From an uncultured Acidobacteriota bacterium (GTDB lineage Bacteria; Acidobacteriota; Terriglobia; UBA7540): a stretch of DNA of 64,000 bases. Below are positions 27,891 through 38,701 of this stretch, in pieces. The notes beneath the pieces were generated by a model. It did not search any database, was not told where the DNA came from, and worked only from the letters and a program-made list of their open reading frames with translations. The first letter of the stretch is position 1, and each line of letters starts with the position of its first letter. The stretch lies in NCBI GenBank assembly GCA_963810005.1, contig CAWELY010000011.1:122458-186457 (forward strand), in the 5' to 3' direction. The translations under genes and the position numbers were made by a program.

Positions 27891-28295
27891 GGCGATGCCG
27901 AAGCGCATTTGGCCCTCGGCCACCAATTCGCCGTCGCGGAAGATGGAGCCGCGCAACTCGCCGAACTGCGCTTTCATCCGCACCACTTCGGCTTCCACGC
28001 GCACCGTGTCGCCGGCCTCAATCGGTTTAATAATACGCGCGGAGGGAATGTGCAAGATCATGGCGATCTTGCCGGCCATCTCCGGGCGCTCCATCACCAG
28101 GACGGCGCCGACCTGCGTGACCAGTTCCAGAATGACGCCGGTGGGGATGATGGCCACGCCGGGGGGATTCCCGCGCGCGGCCTGATCGTCAATGGAAAAA
28201 TGCTTCATCGCCACGATGCGCTGCCCGGGCACGAATTCCGCAACCTGGTCGACAAAGAGAAAAGGGTAGCGGTGGGGCAGAATGCGCGCGATGTC
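27891..28295 (-). CDS. FabZ-like hot-dog fold protein (boundaries uncertain)
   Basis: ILPHRYPFLFVDQV..IIPTGVILELVTQVGA..GDTVRVEAEVVRMK resembles FabZ, but the GHFP catalytic motif reads GNPP. Track ORF 27639-28403 overruns the AKR start by 180 nt and starts inside a word repeat. Only the conserved core is annotated. Confidence 0.55.
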
Positions 28296-28324
28296 GGCGG
28301 GAGAGAAAGGATAGTCATGAAAGC

Positions 28325-28428
28325 TAAAGGATAAAATGTAAATTGTAAATGATGAAATGGTAAAAGCGGAGAGCCAAGTTGATTTACCCAGTTTCAATTT
28401 CATACTTTATCATTTTCCTTTCACCCTT
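28325..28428. repeat. heptamer word array hairpin (TGTAAAT/ATTTACA-type words)
   Basis: AAAGGATAAAATGTAAATTGTAAATGATGAAATGGTAAAAG, with a partially complementary run TTCATACTTTATCATTTTCCTTTCAC. The same word family occurs at 34470-34560. Confidence 0.5.
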
Positions 28429-29381
28429 CATTCCTTCGGCGGTTTCAGCAGTTCGCGCTTCAGCGCTGGGTTGCGGCTGGTCCAGTCGCCGGGGCGGTCG
28501 TGGTCCGTGGCGTACTGCTGGCGCACGGCTTCCAGCTTGGAGTCCATCTCATCCAGGAAACTGACCACCATGGCCTCGGCAAACATCGGTTCCTTGGGCG
28601 AGCCGAACTCCAGCTTGCCGTGATGGGAAAGAATAATGTGCTCGAGTTCGTCCTTGAGTTCGGCAGGGAAGTCGGGGATCTGGCTGAATCTTCGCCTGCA
28701 CCATTTCCAGCGCCATGGTGATATGCCCGATCAGTTGTCCGCGCGTGGAGTAGCGGAAACCGCGGGTGAAACTCAGTTCTTCCGTCTTGCCCATATCGTG
28801 GAGCACCAGGCCGGCCACCATCAAGTCGCGCCGCAGCCAGGGATAATGATCCGCCACGCGATCGGCCAGGGCGACGAGCGACGACACATGTTCCAAGAGG
28901 CCGCCCAGAAAGGCGTGGTGATAGCTCATCGCCGCGGGCGCCAGCTTGTACTTTTCCGCCATGGGCGGGTCTTCCAGAATGCTCAGCAGCAGAGCGCGCA
29001 GCGGACCGTCGCTCATGCGGCGCACGCGCTCCAGCAACGCGGCGTACATCTCCTCCGGGTCGCGCTGGGTGCGGGGAAGATAATCGAACAGGTTCACTTC
29101 TTCGGGCGCGCAAAGCGTGATCTTCCGAATGCGAAGTTGCGGCGTGCCGCGATAGCTTTCCACGTGCCCTTCCACCTGCACGATGTCGTCAGCTTCAAAG
29201 GCGGAGTGGTGCGTTCGGAGTAGTCCCAGAGCTTGGCGGAAATGACGCCCGTGGTATCTTGCAGGCTGAGGTCCAGATAGGCGGAGCCATTACTGGTGAT
29301 CTTACGTTCTTTGGATTGGACCAGAAAGGTGCTGCGCACCGGTGAGTCCGGCGTGAGGTCCTTGACAAAGGTCTGCTTCAT
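28428..29381 (-). pseudogene. OB-fold plus HD-domain nuclease (YhaM-like 3'-5' exoribonuclease family), two frameshifts
   Basis: The N-terminus MKQTFVKDLTPDSPVRSTFLVQSKERKITSNGSAYLDLSLQDTTGVI is the OB fold. The HD part is AMSYHHAFLGGLLEHV..LVLHDMGK. The restored tail is ILSHHGKLEFGSPKEPMFAEAMVV..PALKRELLKPPKE*. Confidence 0.7.
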
Positions 29382-30413
29382 TGAGTTCTTTTCGGCGGTT
29401 AGCGCCGCGCCCGGCGTTATCTTCGCCGGTGTCAATGTATCCCGGCGCCATAAAGATGTAACTGTCTTTGCGAAGTTGGGTCAGATATTCGCGCAGCTTG
29501 GGCTCCATGCGCTGGTTGTAGAGCATCTCCTGAACGCGCGATTCAACTTCTTCAAACTTGGGGATGCCGGGGCTGAAACGTTCCAGAAGCCTCAGGATCA
29601 TGTAGCCGTTCTTGGTTTGAAGCGACGTCGGTATATTCGTTGATATCGAGCTTGCTCGATGGCCGCGAGCGATTGCCGGCGCCACGCGTGCTGGTTTTCA
29701 TTGGAGCCGATGTCTCCGCCCTGAGTCAACACTAGGCCCGTCGGAATATTTCTTCACCACCTCGCTAAACTTGCGCGCCGCCCTTCAGTTCCGCCTCCGC
29801 GTCCTTGGCGCGTTTCTCCGCCTCCTCCGGCTTGTACTTCTCGGTGGAAATCAGGATTTCCGCGAGGTGGACCATGCCCTCCGATTTGAAATCGTCCTTG
29901 TGCTGATTGTAATATTTCCGCGCATCTTCCCGCGTCACGACGATGCGGGAGCCGACATCGCGGCTGATGACTTCCTGCATCAGGAGTTGGCGGCGGATCT
30001 GGTCTTTGAAGTCCTCCCAATTAACTGCCTTGTTGTTCCGCGTCCTTTTGCAGGTCTTCGATCGTCGCAAGGTTATCCTGCTTGCGCATTTGATCCAGCT
30101 TCTTGATGAGTCCGTGTCCACATTGATATCTTCGTCTTTGGCCTTTCTGGACCATCAGCGACTGGTCAATCAGGTTGCGCAGAAGGTTCTTGCTTTCATC
30201 ATTCAATTTGGCTTCGAGGTCGGCGCCGGAGTATTGCTGGGCAAGCTCGTCGCGAAGCTTGTCTCTTTCCCGTTCAAACTGGCGCTGGGTAATGATTTCA
30301 GCTGTTGACGCGCGCGATGATGCGTTCCACCACGTGGGCGGCCCGCAGCCTGGGGCGCCGCAAAAGTTGCCGCCAGGATGGCGATGTGCCAAAATTTTGA
30401 GCGTTCGTTTCAT
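29302..30413 (-). pseudogene. SurA/PpiD-like periplasmic chaperone with parvulin PPIase domain, many frameshifts
   Basis: Signal-like start MKRTLKIL at 30413. The SurA N-domain pieces are IITQRQFERERDKLRDELAQQY and NLLRNLIDQSLMVQK. The parvulin part is VHLAEILIS. The tail GYMILRLLERFSPGIPKFEEVESRVQEMLYNQRMEPKLREYL is spread over at least 4 frames. Confidence 0.65.
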
Positions 30414-30419
30414 GGTTTT

Positions 30420-30555
30420 CTCCAGCTGACAGCCGACAGCTAACAGCTCCGGCAGCTAACAGCCGACAGTTTACAGCTCGTACAGCCAACAGCTTTATTG
30501 AGCCAAGCTCTAGCCAGCCGTTACTGTAAGCTGTCGGCTGTGAGCTGTTAGCGCC
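30420..30555. repeat. heptamer word array hairpin (CAGCYRA words)
   Basis: CAGCTGA CAGCCGA CAGCTAA CAGCTCC..CAGCTAA CAGCCGA CAGTTTA CAGCTCG TACAGCCAA CAGC, then the complementary CTGTAAGCTGTCGGCTGTGAGCTGTTAGC. It lies between the SurA-like gene start and the mfd end. Confidence 0.65.
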
Positions 30556-30571
30556 AACTTCTAGGCGTATC

Positions 30572-33500
30572 TTAAGTCTGCCGCGCGTGCAATTCCTGCA
30601 AGACGTTTTGGACCTGGGTCAGCAGGTTGCCCTCGCGGTCGCGCCCGCGGAAGCGCAGGACGCGGTCCGGGCGGAAGCTGGCATCGCGCCGCCGCCGCAC
30701 AAACTGCGCCAGCCGCTGGGGATCAACCGGCGCCTGCTCATGGAACTTGATCCAGATTTCATCCCCTTTGCGCTCAACCGTTTGTACCAGCAAGCGCTCC
30801 GCCGCGCTCTTCAGCAAGGCGTAATCAAGCAGGTTGGAAACCGAAGGGGGAATGGGGCCGAAGCGGTCGGCCAGCTCGGCTTCCAGGTCGGCCCGCTCGG
30901 TAGGGCGTGGCGGCGCTGGAAATGCGCTTGTACATGCGCAGGCGCTGGTTCTCGTCGGGAATGTAGGAGTCGGGAATTTTGATGTCGAGGCCCAGGTTGA
31001 GCGAGGTGCGCACTTCAATCTTGGCTGGGAGCGCCCCGCAATTCCTCCACCGTCTGCTCCAGCATCTTGAGGTAGAGGTCAATGCCCATGGCGTTCAGGT
31101 GGCCATGTTGCTCGGCCCCCAACAGATTGCCGGCGCCGCGCAATTCCAGGTCCAGCGCCGCCAGGCGAAAGCCCGCGCCGAGATCGGAGAATTCCTTCAT
31201 CGCCGCGAGCCGCCGCCGGGCGATGGGCGTCAGGGTGTCTTCCGACCCGATCAGGAAAAAGGCGTAGGCGCGGCGGTTCGAGCGGCCCACGCGCCCGCGA
31301 AGCTGGTAGAGGTCGGCAAGGCCGAAGCGGTCGGCGTGATTCACGATGATGGTGTTGGCGCGGGGGATGTCCAGGCCGTTTTCGATGAGCGCCGTGGCCA
31401 CCAGCACATCGTATTCAGCCGCGCATGAACTTCAGCATCGCCCGCTCGAGGTCTTTCTCGCCCATCTGGCCGTGCGCCACGCCCAGGCGCGCCGTGGGCA
31501 GCAGGCGCTGCAAAAGCGCGGCCATCTGGAAAATCGATTCCACCCGGTTGTGCACGAAGAAGACCTGGCCCTGCCGTTGCATCTCCTGCATGATGGCGGA
31601 CTGGATGAGCGCCTGGTTGAAAGGCGCGACGGTGGTTTGAATGGCCAGGCGGCCGCGGGGCGGGGTCTCGATGACGGAAAGGTCGCGCAATCCGCCGAGC
31701 GACATGTGCAGCGTGCGCGGAATGGGCGTTGCCGACATGGTCAGGACATCCACGCCGGATTTTAATTTCTTCAGCTTCTCTTTGGCGGCCACGCCGAAGC
31801 GCTGCTCCTCGTCCACAATCAGCAATCCCAGGTCGCGCCAGTGCACATCCTTGGAGAGCAGCCGGTGCGTTCCGATCAGGATGTCCACGCGGCCGGCTTC
31901 CGCGTCGGCCATGATTTTCTTCTGCTCCGCCGCCGTGCGAAACCGGCTGAGCATTTCCACGCGCACGGGGAAAGGCGCCATGCGCTGCGCGGAAGGTGGT
32001 GAAGTGCTGGAAGGCCAGCACCGTCGTGGGGGCCAGCACCGCCACTTGGCGGCCGTCCTGAATCACTTTGAATGCGGCGCGCATGGCGAGCTCGGTCTTG
32101 CCATACCCCACGTCGCCGCAGAGCAGCCGGTCCATGGGCTCGGGGCTTTCCAGGTCGCGCTTGATGTCGGCAAGGGCGGTGAGCTGGTCGGGCGTCTCCT
32201 CAAATTCAAACGCGTCTTCGAACTCGCGCTGCCAGGGCGTGTCGGGGGAGGCGGCAACCCCGCCGCGCATTTTGCGTTCGGCGTAAAGTTGCAAAAGCTC
32301 CTGCGCCATGTCGCGCAAGGCGCGTTTGACGCGCGTCTTGGTGCGCTCCCAAGTGGCGCCCCCCAGCCGGTCGAGGGGAGGTTTGGCGCCTTCGTGGGAG
32401 CGGTACTTTTCCACCAGGTCCAGGCGCTCGAGCGGCACGTACAGCTTGGCCTCGTCCTGAAACGTCAGCAGCATGAAATCGCGCGACGCGCCCGCCACGG
32501 AGATTTGCCGCAGACCTTGATAAATGCCGATGCCGTGATCGATGTGGACGACGTAGTCGCCGACTTTCAGATCGCTGAGGTCGGAGATAAAGCTGGAGAT
32601 CCCGGAACGCTCGCGCCGCCCGCGCGCTGCCCAGTCAAAGCCACCGAACAAGTCCGCGTCCGCCAGCCACAATTGCCTCAGCTCGGGAAAGGCCACGCCT
32701 TCGCGAATCTCGCCCCGGGCAATGAGCACACGAGCGGTATCGAGCGATTGGGTGATCGGGTCAATTCTATTGCCGCTTGTCGATTGCCGATTTTCGATTG
32801 GTTCAATCGTCAATCGACCATCGGCAATCGACAATGAGCTCCCCGATCTCTCGATCACCCGATCATACGGAATCTCGTAGTCCTTCAAAATCTCCCGCAG
32901 ACGATCCACCTTGCCACTGGTGGGGACGACGAAAATGACGGACTCGCCGCGCTTCACCCGACTGCGAAGATCTTCGACCAACTCCTTGACCCTCCCTTGA
33001 TACTTGGGAGGAGGTTGGGTGAGGAGAATCGGGCCATCAGAGGAATCGGGTGATCGGTTGATCGGGTGATCGGGTGAATGAACTGCTCGCTTGTCACTCG
33101 TCACTCGCCACTCGTCACTGCTCTCAAGAACTGCTCGCTCATCACTCGTCACTCGCCACTTGTCACTACTTTCACGCCACTCGTCACTGCTCTCAGCGCC
33201 TTCGGGCGGGAAGTATAAGTCGCCGCCGATAACCACCGCTTGCGAGCTGGTTTCCGCGGCCGGCGTGACGTTCTCAAGGCCCAATTCTTTGAGCGAAATT
33301 TGTGGAACGCTCTGGATGGCTTGAAGGAATTCTGGTTCGGTCAGATAAACTTCCCGGGGTTCTGGGCGGGGCGGAACGATGTCGCGAACTTCCTCGAAGC
33401 TTGCCGTCAGGCTCTCGATCGTAGGCGAAATTTGGGCGCGGCGGTCGAGGAGTTCGTCCCAAACCAGCACCGGACGATCCAGGAGGGAAAACAGCGTGTG

Positions 33501-34391
33501 CGGGTGGGGCTCGACGAGGGGAACAAAAAACTCCCACCCCGGGAAAGTATTGGAATGTTCCGCCGCCCACTCGGGTTCGCGTTCCGGCAGTGATGTTCCT
33601 CGCGATTGCGCGTGCTCGCGGGCGCGCAAAGTGAGCACGCGCACCAGCCTTTCGAAGAATTGCGGGGAACGCTGGGCTTCCGAAAGCGGCAGCAGCAGCG
33701 CTTTCGGTACGGGTTTGCGCGAGCGTTGCGATGACGGGTCGAATTCCCGCACGGACTCGAGTTGGTCACCAAAAAATTCCAGCCGGAAGGGCCATTCGGC
33801 CTCGGGAGGGAAAGCGTCCACAATTCCGCCGCGCACGGAGTATTGACCAACGGCAGCGACGGGCTCCCCCGGCTCGTACCCAACGCTCCGCAGGTGCTCC
33901 AGCAGGTCGTCCAGACTCAACTCGTCACCCACCTTGAGTTCGAGTGCGAGGGAGGAGTAGAAGGCGCTTTCGCGGAGCCGCCCCAAGGCGGCGGAAACGG
34001 GCGCGAAAATCACGCGCACCCCGCCTCGCGCCAGGCTCCAAAGCGCTACGGCGCGCTGCTCCTGGATTTCCGCGTGCGGCGAGCGGCCTTCGTACGGTGA
34101 GCAGTCCAGCCCGGGCAAGATTTGGACCGAACTGCCGGCGCCGGGCTCCAGACCTTCCAGAAATGTCGCTGTCGTTTGCCGGTAGTTCTGCGCCGCCTCA
34201 TTGTCCTGAGTCAAAACCACCACCGGCCGCTTCACTTGATGCGCCAGCGCCGCTACCACCAACGCCTTGGCCGTGGGCGTCAGGCCGGAGATGGCAATAG
34301 GCTGTGTGCCAGGCTCGGCCAGCGCCGCAACCGCCGCGCGCACGCTGGCGTGCGCAAGAAGTGGTCGGAGCAGGGAATGAATATCGGCCAT
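30572..34391 (-). pseudogene. mfd: transcription-repair coupling factor Mfd; the N-terminal ~2400 nt are in one frame, the C-terminal third is broken at least 4 times
   Basis: ORF 31341-34391 carries the UvrB-homology and RNAP-interaction parts up to DRLLCGDVGYGKTE..VAVLAPTTVLAFQH. Helicase motifs continue in ORFs 31415-31981 (LIVDEEQRFGV, TLTMSATPIPRTL), 31015-31407 (QLRGRVGRS), 30825-31082 and 30572-31018. Confidence 0.9.
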
Positions 34392-34469
34392 GGGAGCACA
34401 ACAATTTATGCCGGGCTAGGAGTAATAGGGTCGAAGCCCAACTAGTTTCTCCGGCAGGGCGCAGGACAA

Positions 34470-34560
34470 GAATTGTAAATGATAAATGGTAAAGTATAAA
34501 AGGGATGAACTTGTGATTAACCATTTACAATTTATCATTTACCATTTACACCCTATTTCC
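34470..34560. repeat. heptamer word array hairpin (GTAAATG/ATTTACA words)
   Basis: TTGTAAATGATAAATGGTAAAGTATAAAAG..spacer..CCATTTACAATTTATCATTTACCATTTACAC, an imperfect inverted pair just upstream of mfd. Confidence 0.65.
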
Positions 34561-34623
34561 ATTTGCCCTAAAACCTTGCCGCCTATTGCCTGCTTGCGGG
34601 AACATGCAAACGGCGTTCGCTGC

Positions 34624-35115
34624 CTACTGCTTACTGCCTACTGCTTTCCGCGCAGCCTCGATGATGGCAGTGGTTGAATAGCCGGGAACGATCGGGATGG
34701 AAACCACCCGCCCGCCGGCGGCCTCCACTTCGTCGCGGCCGACGATTTGATCGAGAGTGTAATGCCCGCCCTTGACCAAAACATCGGGCAACATGCGTTT
34801 CACGACTCCCAGTACCGACGCGTCGTCGAAGATCGTCACATAGTCCACGGCAGCCAGGGCGGCGATGATTTCCGCGCGCTCGGCTTCCGGCTGAAGCGCC
34901 CGATTCTTCCCCTTGAGGGTGCAAACGCTGCGGTCGCTATTCATGGCGACGATCAAAACATCGCCCAGCTTGCGCGCCTCGGCAAACAGGCGGGTGTGGC
35001 CGGGATGCAGCAGGTCGAAGCATCCGTTGGTCAGGACCACCCGCCGGCCTTGACGTTTGAGCTCGTCAACCTTGCGATAGGCCTGCTCGAGGGGCAGGAC
35101 CTTTTGGATCCCCAT
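34624..35115 (-). CDS. cytidylyltransferase-fold D-beta-D-heptose 1-phosphate adenylyltransferase (RfaE/HldE domain II type)
   Basis: Internal ATG at 35115: MGIQKVLPLEQAYRKVDELKRQGRRVVLTNGCFDLLHPGHTRLFAEARKLGDVLIVAMNSDRS. CFDLLHPGH is the nucleotidyltransferase HxGH motif. Confidence 0.8.
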   Translation of the reverse strand: MGIQKVLPLEQAYRKVDELKRQGRRVVLTNGCFDLLHPGHTRLFAEARKLGDVLIVAMNSDRSVCTLKGKNRALQPEAERAEIIAALAAVDYVTIFDDASVLGVVKRMLPDVLVKGGHYTLDQIVGRDEVEAAGGRVVSIPIVPGYSTTAIIEAARKAVGSKQ

Positions 35116-35491
35116 GCGGCTATCCCCCTTCCGGGAATGGTCATTGCGATCACTCTTCCGGCCGGGCAATCTCCTTTCGCGAAAGGCGCGGGCGCCAGAT
35201 CAAGATACATCATTCTAACCGGTATTTCGCACCGAGCGGAGAGGTTCTCATCGCGTGGCTGCAAAAGGCTAGGGCAAGAAGAGGCGGAAAATCTCCTCCG
35301 AGTCCGAGCCGAGCCCGAGCCGCATGACTTTCTGGAGGGCAGTGATATACTGCCGCTATTCTGCGGGGAGGGAATCGCGAGGCGGGGTAAGTCGGCCGGA
35401 CGTCACCTCCCGGCAGAAGGTCCGACGATGGCAGTTTGCAAGGTGAGCGTGCTTCGGCACCAGCGCATTAATCGATGAGAGGGATGCACCC

Positions 35492-36502
35492 ATGAAAGCA
35501 ATTCTCTTTGAACAACCCGGCAAGATGAGCCTGGCGGAATTCCCCGATCCTGAGCCGGTGGCCGGTTGGGCGCGGATTCGCGTTCGGGCGGCGGCGATTT
35601 GCATGACGGATTTTGAGTTGTTGCGAGGCCGGCTTACCGTGGAGTACCCCCTTACCCCCGGGCACGAGTACTGTGGTGTGGTGGACCAAGTCGGCTCGCC
35701 CTCCGACGAGGCATGGGTAGGGCGGAAGGTGGTCGCGGACAACGAGATTACCTGCCTGAAGTGCGGGTTTTGCCGGCGGGGAGAATGGCGGCGCTGCCCG
35801 GAATATCGGCAGATTGGGTTCGGCCCTTCGGGAGGTTACGCCGAGTACGTCGTGGCCCCCATTCACAATCTGCATCCGCTCCCGGACTCGATTTCCTTTG
35901 AGCAGGGGGCGCTGCTGGAACCGCTGGGTGTGGGCATCGCCGTGGCTTCCATCGCCGGAGCCCACCTGGGATCGACCGCAACGATTCTTGGCATGGGCCC
36001 AATCGGATTGAATTGTTTGGCGGTCTTGAAGGCCTCGGGAGCGCGGCGCATTCTCTGCCTGGACAAGCAGCCCAAGCGCTTGGCCTTGGCCAAATCCTGG
36101 GGAGCGCAGGAGGTGACCGAGGACGCCGAGCATCTCAAAGCCTTGGCCAAGACGCTGCATCCGGAAGGGACCGACATCGTGATTGAGGCCAGCGGGCATC
36201 TTCCCTTGGTTCCGCTGGGGATCAGCCTCACGCGGTTTGGTGGCAGCTTTGTCCTGGCGGGTTACTGCAAGTTTGAGGCGCTGCCGTTTGCGCCGGACTC
36301 GGTCCAGGGGCCCAACATCCGCATGCTGGGCGCTGGGAACAATTGCGGATTTATTGAACCTGCCGCCCTGGCCGTGGGTGACGGCGTGCTCAGCACGGAA
36401 GGAATGATCACGCACCGTTTTCGGCTCGAAGATTTCCGCCAAGTATTCTCCGACGAGCAGGTGACTGCGAGGGATTACATCAAAGGCGTATTCGTGTTTT
36501 GA
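35492..36502 (+). CDS. zinc-dependent alcohol/polyol dehydrogenase (MDR family, threonine/sorbitol dehydrogenase-like)
   Basis: 336-aa intact ORF with GHEYCGVV, the structural-zinc cluster CLKCGFCRRGEWRRC, and GMGPIG. Confidence 0.85.
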   Translation: MKAILFEQPGKMSLAEFPDPEPVAGWARIRVRAAAICMTDFELLRGRLTVEYPLTPGHEYCGVVDQVGSPSDEAWVGRKVVADNEITCLKCGFCRRGEWRRCPEYRQIGFGPSGGYAEYVVAPIHNLHPLPDSISFEQGALLEPLGVGIAVASIAGAHLGSTATILGMGPIGLNCLAVLKASGARRILCLDKQPKRLALAKSWGAQEVTEDAEHLKALAKTLHPEGTDIVIEASGHLPLVPLGISLTRFGGSFVLAGYCKFEALPFAPDSVQGPNIRMLGAGNNCGFIEPAALAVGDGVLSTEGMITHRFRLEDFRQVFSDEQVTARDYIKGVFVF

Positions 36503-36527
36503 GCGGCACGGCGGCAGGAGATAGCAG

Positions 36528-36616
36528 GTGTAGTGCGGACCTGTTTTGTAGGTCCGCGGTTCGTCCACGATGGGCATGGAAAAGCCGCGGACCTACAAAA
36601 CAGGTCCGCGCTACAC
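36528..36616. repeat. double-hairpin REP-like element (GCGGACCTGTTTTGTAGGTCCGC .. spacer .. GCGGACCTACAAAACAGGTCCGC)
   Basis: ~89-nt element whose two arms are inverted copies and each arm is itself a hairpin. Further copies lie at 38877-38961 and 59201-59284, with a solo arm at 14753-14783. Confidence 0.8.
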
Positions 36617-36650
36617 TTCTCCCTGCCGAGCCTGTGGTGAGAAATCCAGC

Positions 36651-37790
36651 CTAAGCGGGGAAGACGCGCCGGCCGCGGGAAATGACGCGCTCAACTTGAA
36701 GGGTTTCGGGTTCACGCCGAAATATGACTAAGTTTGCCGGCTGGCCCGCGGCGACTTGCGAACAGACGGTGGGTCGCTTCAGCAAATGGGCGGGATTCGC
36801 GGTTGCCGCCTGAATTGCCGCCTCCAGCCTACACTGGGAAGATTTGATGAAGACGGCCACCGCACGATTCATGGTCAGCGCGGAACCGGCCATGGAGACA
36901 CGATCGGCCCTGACCACCTGACCCGAAGGCAGCAGCTCGATTTCCGTTCCCACCAGCGAATACCTACCGGGAGGCATTTGGGCGACGTGGACGGCGTCGG
37001 TAATCAGGATACATTTATCAATCCCCTTGGCAGCGACAATCACTTTGACCACGTCAGGAGGCAGATGAAAACCGTCGCAAATCATGCTGGCGTGCAAGGA
37101 TTCGGCCGCGAGTTGCGCCCACAGGGGAGCCTTGTGCCGGTGAAGACGCTCCGGGCAGCCGTTCCCCAAATGCGTATTGAGGGTGGCGCCCGCCGCCGCC
37201 GCGCGATGGACGTCATCCGCACCCCCGTCCGTGTGGCCGACTGCCACCACTACTCCCGCGCTGTGCGCTTGGCGAATGAACTCCTCCGCGCCGGACAGTT
37301 CCGGGGCCAGCGTGACAATTCCAATGCGCCCGCCCGCGGCGCGTTGCAGCTCCAGGAATTCGTCCCAATTGGGATCCCGCATCCACTTGGGATCGTGCGC
37401 GCCGTGTGACCCGAAAGGGGACAGGTATGGACCCTCCAGGTGGTAGCAGGGAACCGCATGAGCAAAATCACTGTTCATGCGCGCCGCCTGCTCGAGGATG
37501 GCGAAACTCCTCGCCAGTTCGGAAAGCGAATTCGTGATGAGGGTAGGGCAGAAGGTGGTGACGCCGGTGCTCCAGATGGCGGGTAGCACGCTGATCGCTT
37601 TCTCTGCGTCCAGGTCCCGGCTGGAGAAATCCACTCCGGCAAAACCGTTTACTTGAATATCGACAAATCCCGGGCTGATAAACGGGAATTCATCGCTCAC
37701 CGCGCCCCGAATGACGACAGAGGTTATTTGTTCGTCAGTTATTTCGACTTTAGCACAACCAACGCCGGGAATATTTCCTTCCAACTCCAT
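36651..37790 (-). CDS. nagA: N-acetylglucosamine-6-phosphate deacetylase
   Basis: 379-aa intact ORF with PGFVDIQVNGFAGVDF, CYHLEGPYLSP, VAVGHTD and THLGNG. Confidence 0.85.
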   Translation of the reverse strand: MELEGNIPGVGCAKVEITDEQITSVVIRGAVSDEFPFISPGFVDIQVNGFAGVDFSSRDLDAEKAISVLPAIWSTGVTTFCPTLITNSLSELARSFAILEQAARMNSDFAHAVPCYHLEGPYLSPFGSHGAHDPKWMRDPNWDEFLELQRAAGGRIGIVTLAPELSGAEEFIRQAHSAGVVVAVGHTDGGADDVHRAAAAGATLNTHLGNGCPERLHRHKAPLWAQLAAESLHASMICDGFHLPPDVVKVIVAAKGIDKCILITDAVHVAQMPPGRYSLVGTEIELLPSGQVVRADRVSMAGSALTMNRAVAVFIKSSQCRLEAAIQAATANPAHLLKRPTVCSQVAAGQPANLVIFRREPETLQVERVISRGRRVFPA

Positions 37791-37794
37791 GGGC

Positions 37795-38701
37795 TTACCC
37801 TCGTTTCTTTAAGGACTCCAATTCTTCCAGCGTGCGCGGCCAATCCTGCTTCATCAGTCGTGATAGGGCGCGGTCGGCGAGCAGCTTGCCGCCCGTTTGA
37901 CACTTGGGGCAGTAGTTGGTTTCGTTGTTGGCGTAGCGAATGCGCTGCACTTTGGTCCCGCAACGTGGGCAGGGCTTGCCATATTTCCCATGCACCGCCA
38001 TATCTTCACGAAATGCCGTGACATTTTCCGGGAATCCACCTTGGGCCTCGGCGCGCAGCCGGTCAGTCCAGTCGATAAGAGCACTACGTGTGGCGATGTG
38101 CAGATGCTCAATTTCATTCATGACCCAATCGCTCGGTCAGCGTGACAGGTGAAAGCTGGGCGCGGTGAAGGATTTCGTCGGAGTAGGCGTTGCCGATGCC
38201 GCTGAACAATCGCGGGTCGGTCAAGGCGCGCTTCAGCGTGTGATTGGCGGAGGTCAGGCGCGCCGCAAAGGAATCAAGATCTGCGGTAAGAACTTCCAAT
38301 CCACCCGGGTCGAGCTCCCGCAAACCGTCTTCGCCTTGAACGACGTGCAGTGACGCGCGGCGCTGCGAGCCTGCTTCGGTCAGGAGCAAGCTGCCGTGGG
38401 GAAAATCCATGGCCGCCAGCGCGCGCTTGGGAGTGAGCTTCACACCCGGCTTGCTCCAGTGCAGGCGCCCCGCAATCATCAAGTGCAGCACCAGCCAGAG
38501 ATCGTCTTCGCAAGCCGATGGCGATGCGCTTGCCAACGCGCCGCAGCTCCCGCACGGATTTTCCTTCCACCGCCTGTAAGCGGCGGCGTGGCGGTGCGGA
38601 GCAGGAACGGGCTTGCCACGCGCACGCGCTCCAAGCGGCTGATTCAGGATGCGCGGCTCGAGAGCTTCGATGTATACGACGATGTCGGGAAGTTCCGGCA
38701 C
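37795..38701 (-). pseudogene. Fpg/Nei-family DNA glycosylase/AP lyase, about three frameshifts
   Basis: GTG start gives (M)PELPDIVVYIEAL. The H2TH part is LTDPRLFSGIGNAYSDEILHRAQLSP. The zinc finger [25 protein letters not shown] is in ORF 37795-38121. Frames switch near 38620, 38520 and 38115. Confidence 0.8.

Noticed and set aside
35468-36577. 369-aa minus-strand ORF
   Set aside because: It lies antisense to the intact zinc dehydrogenase gene, and its end is made of the REP-like element.
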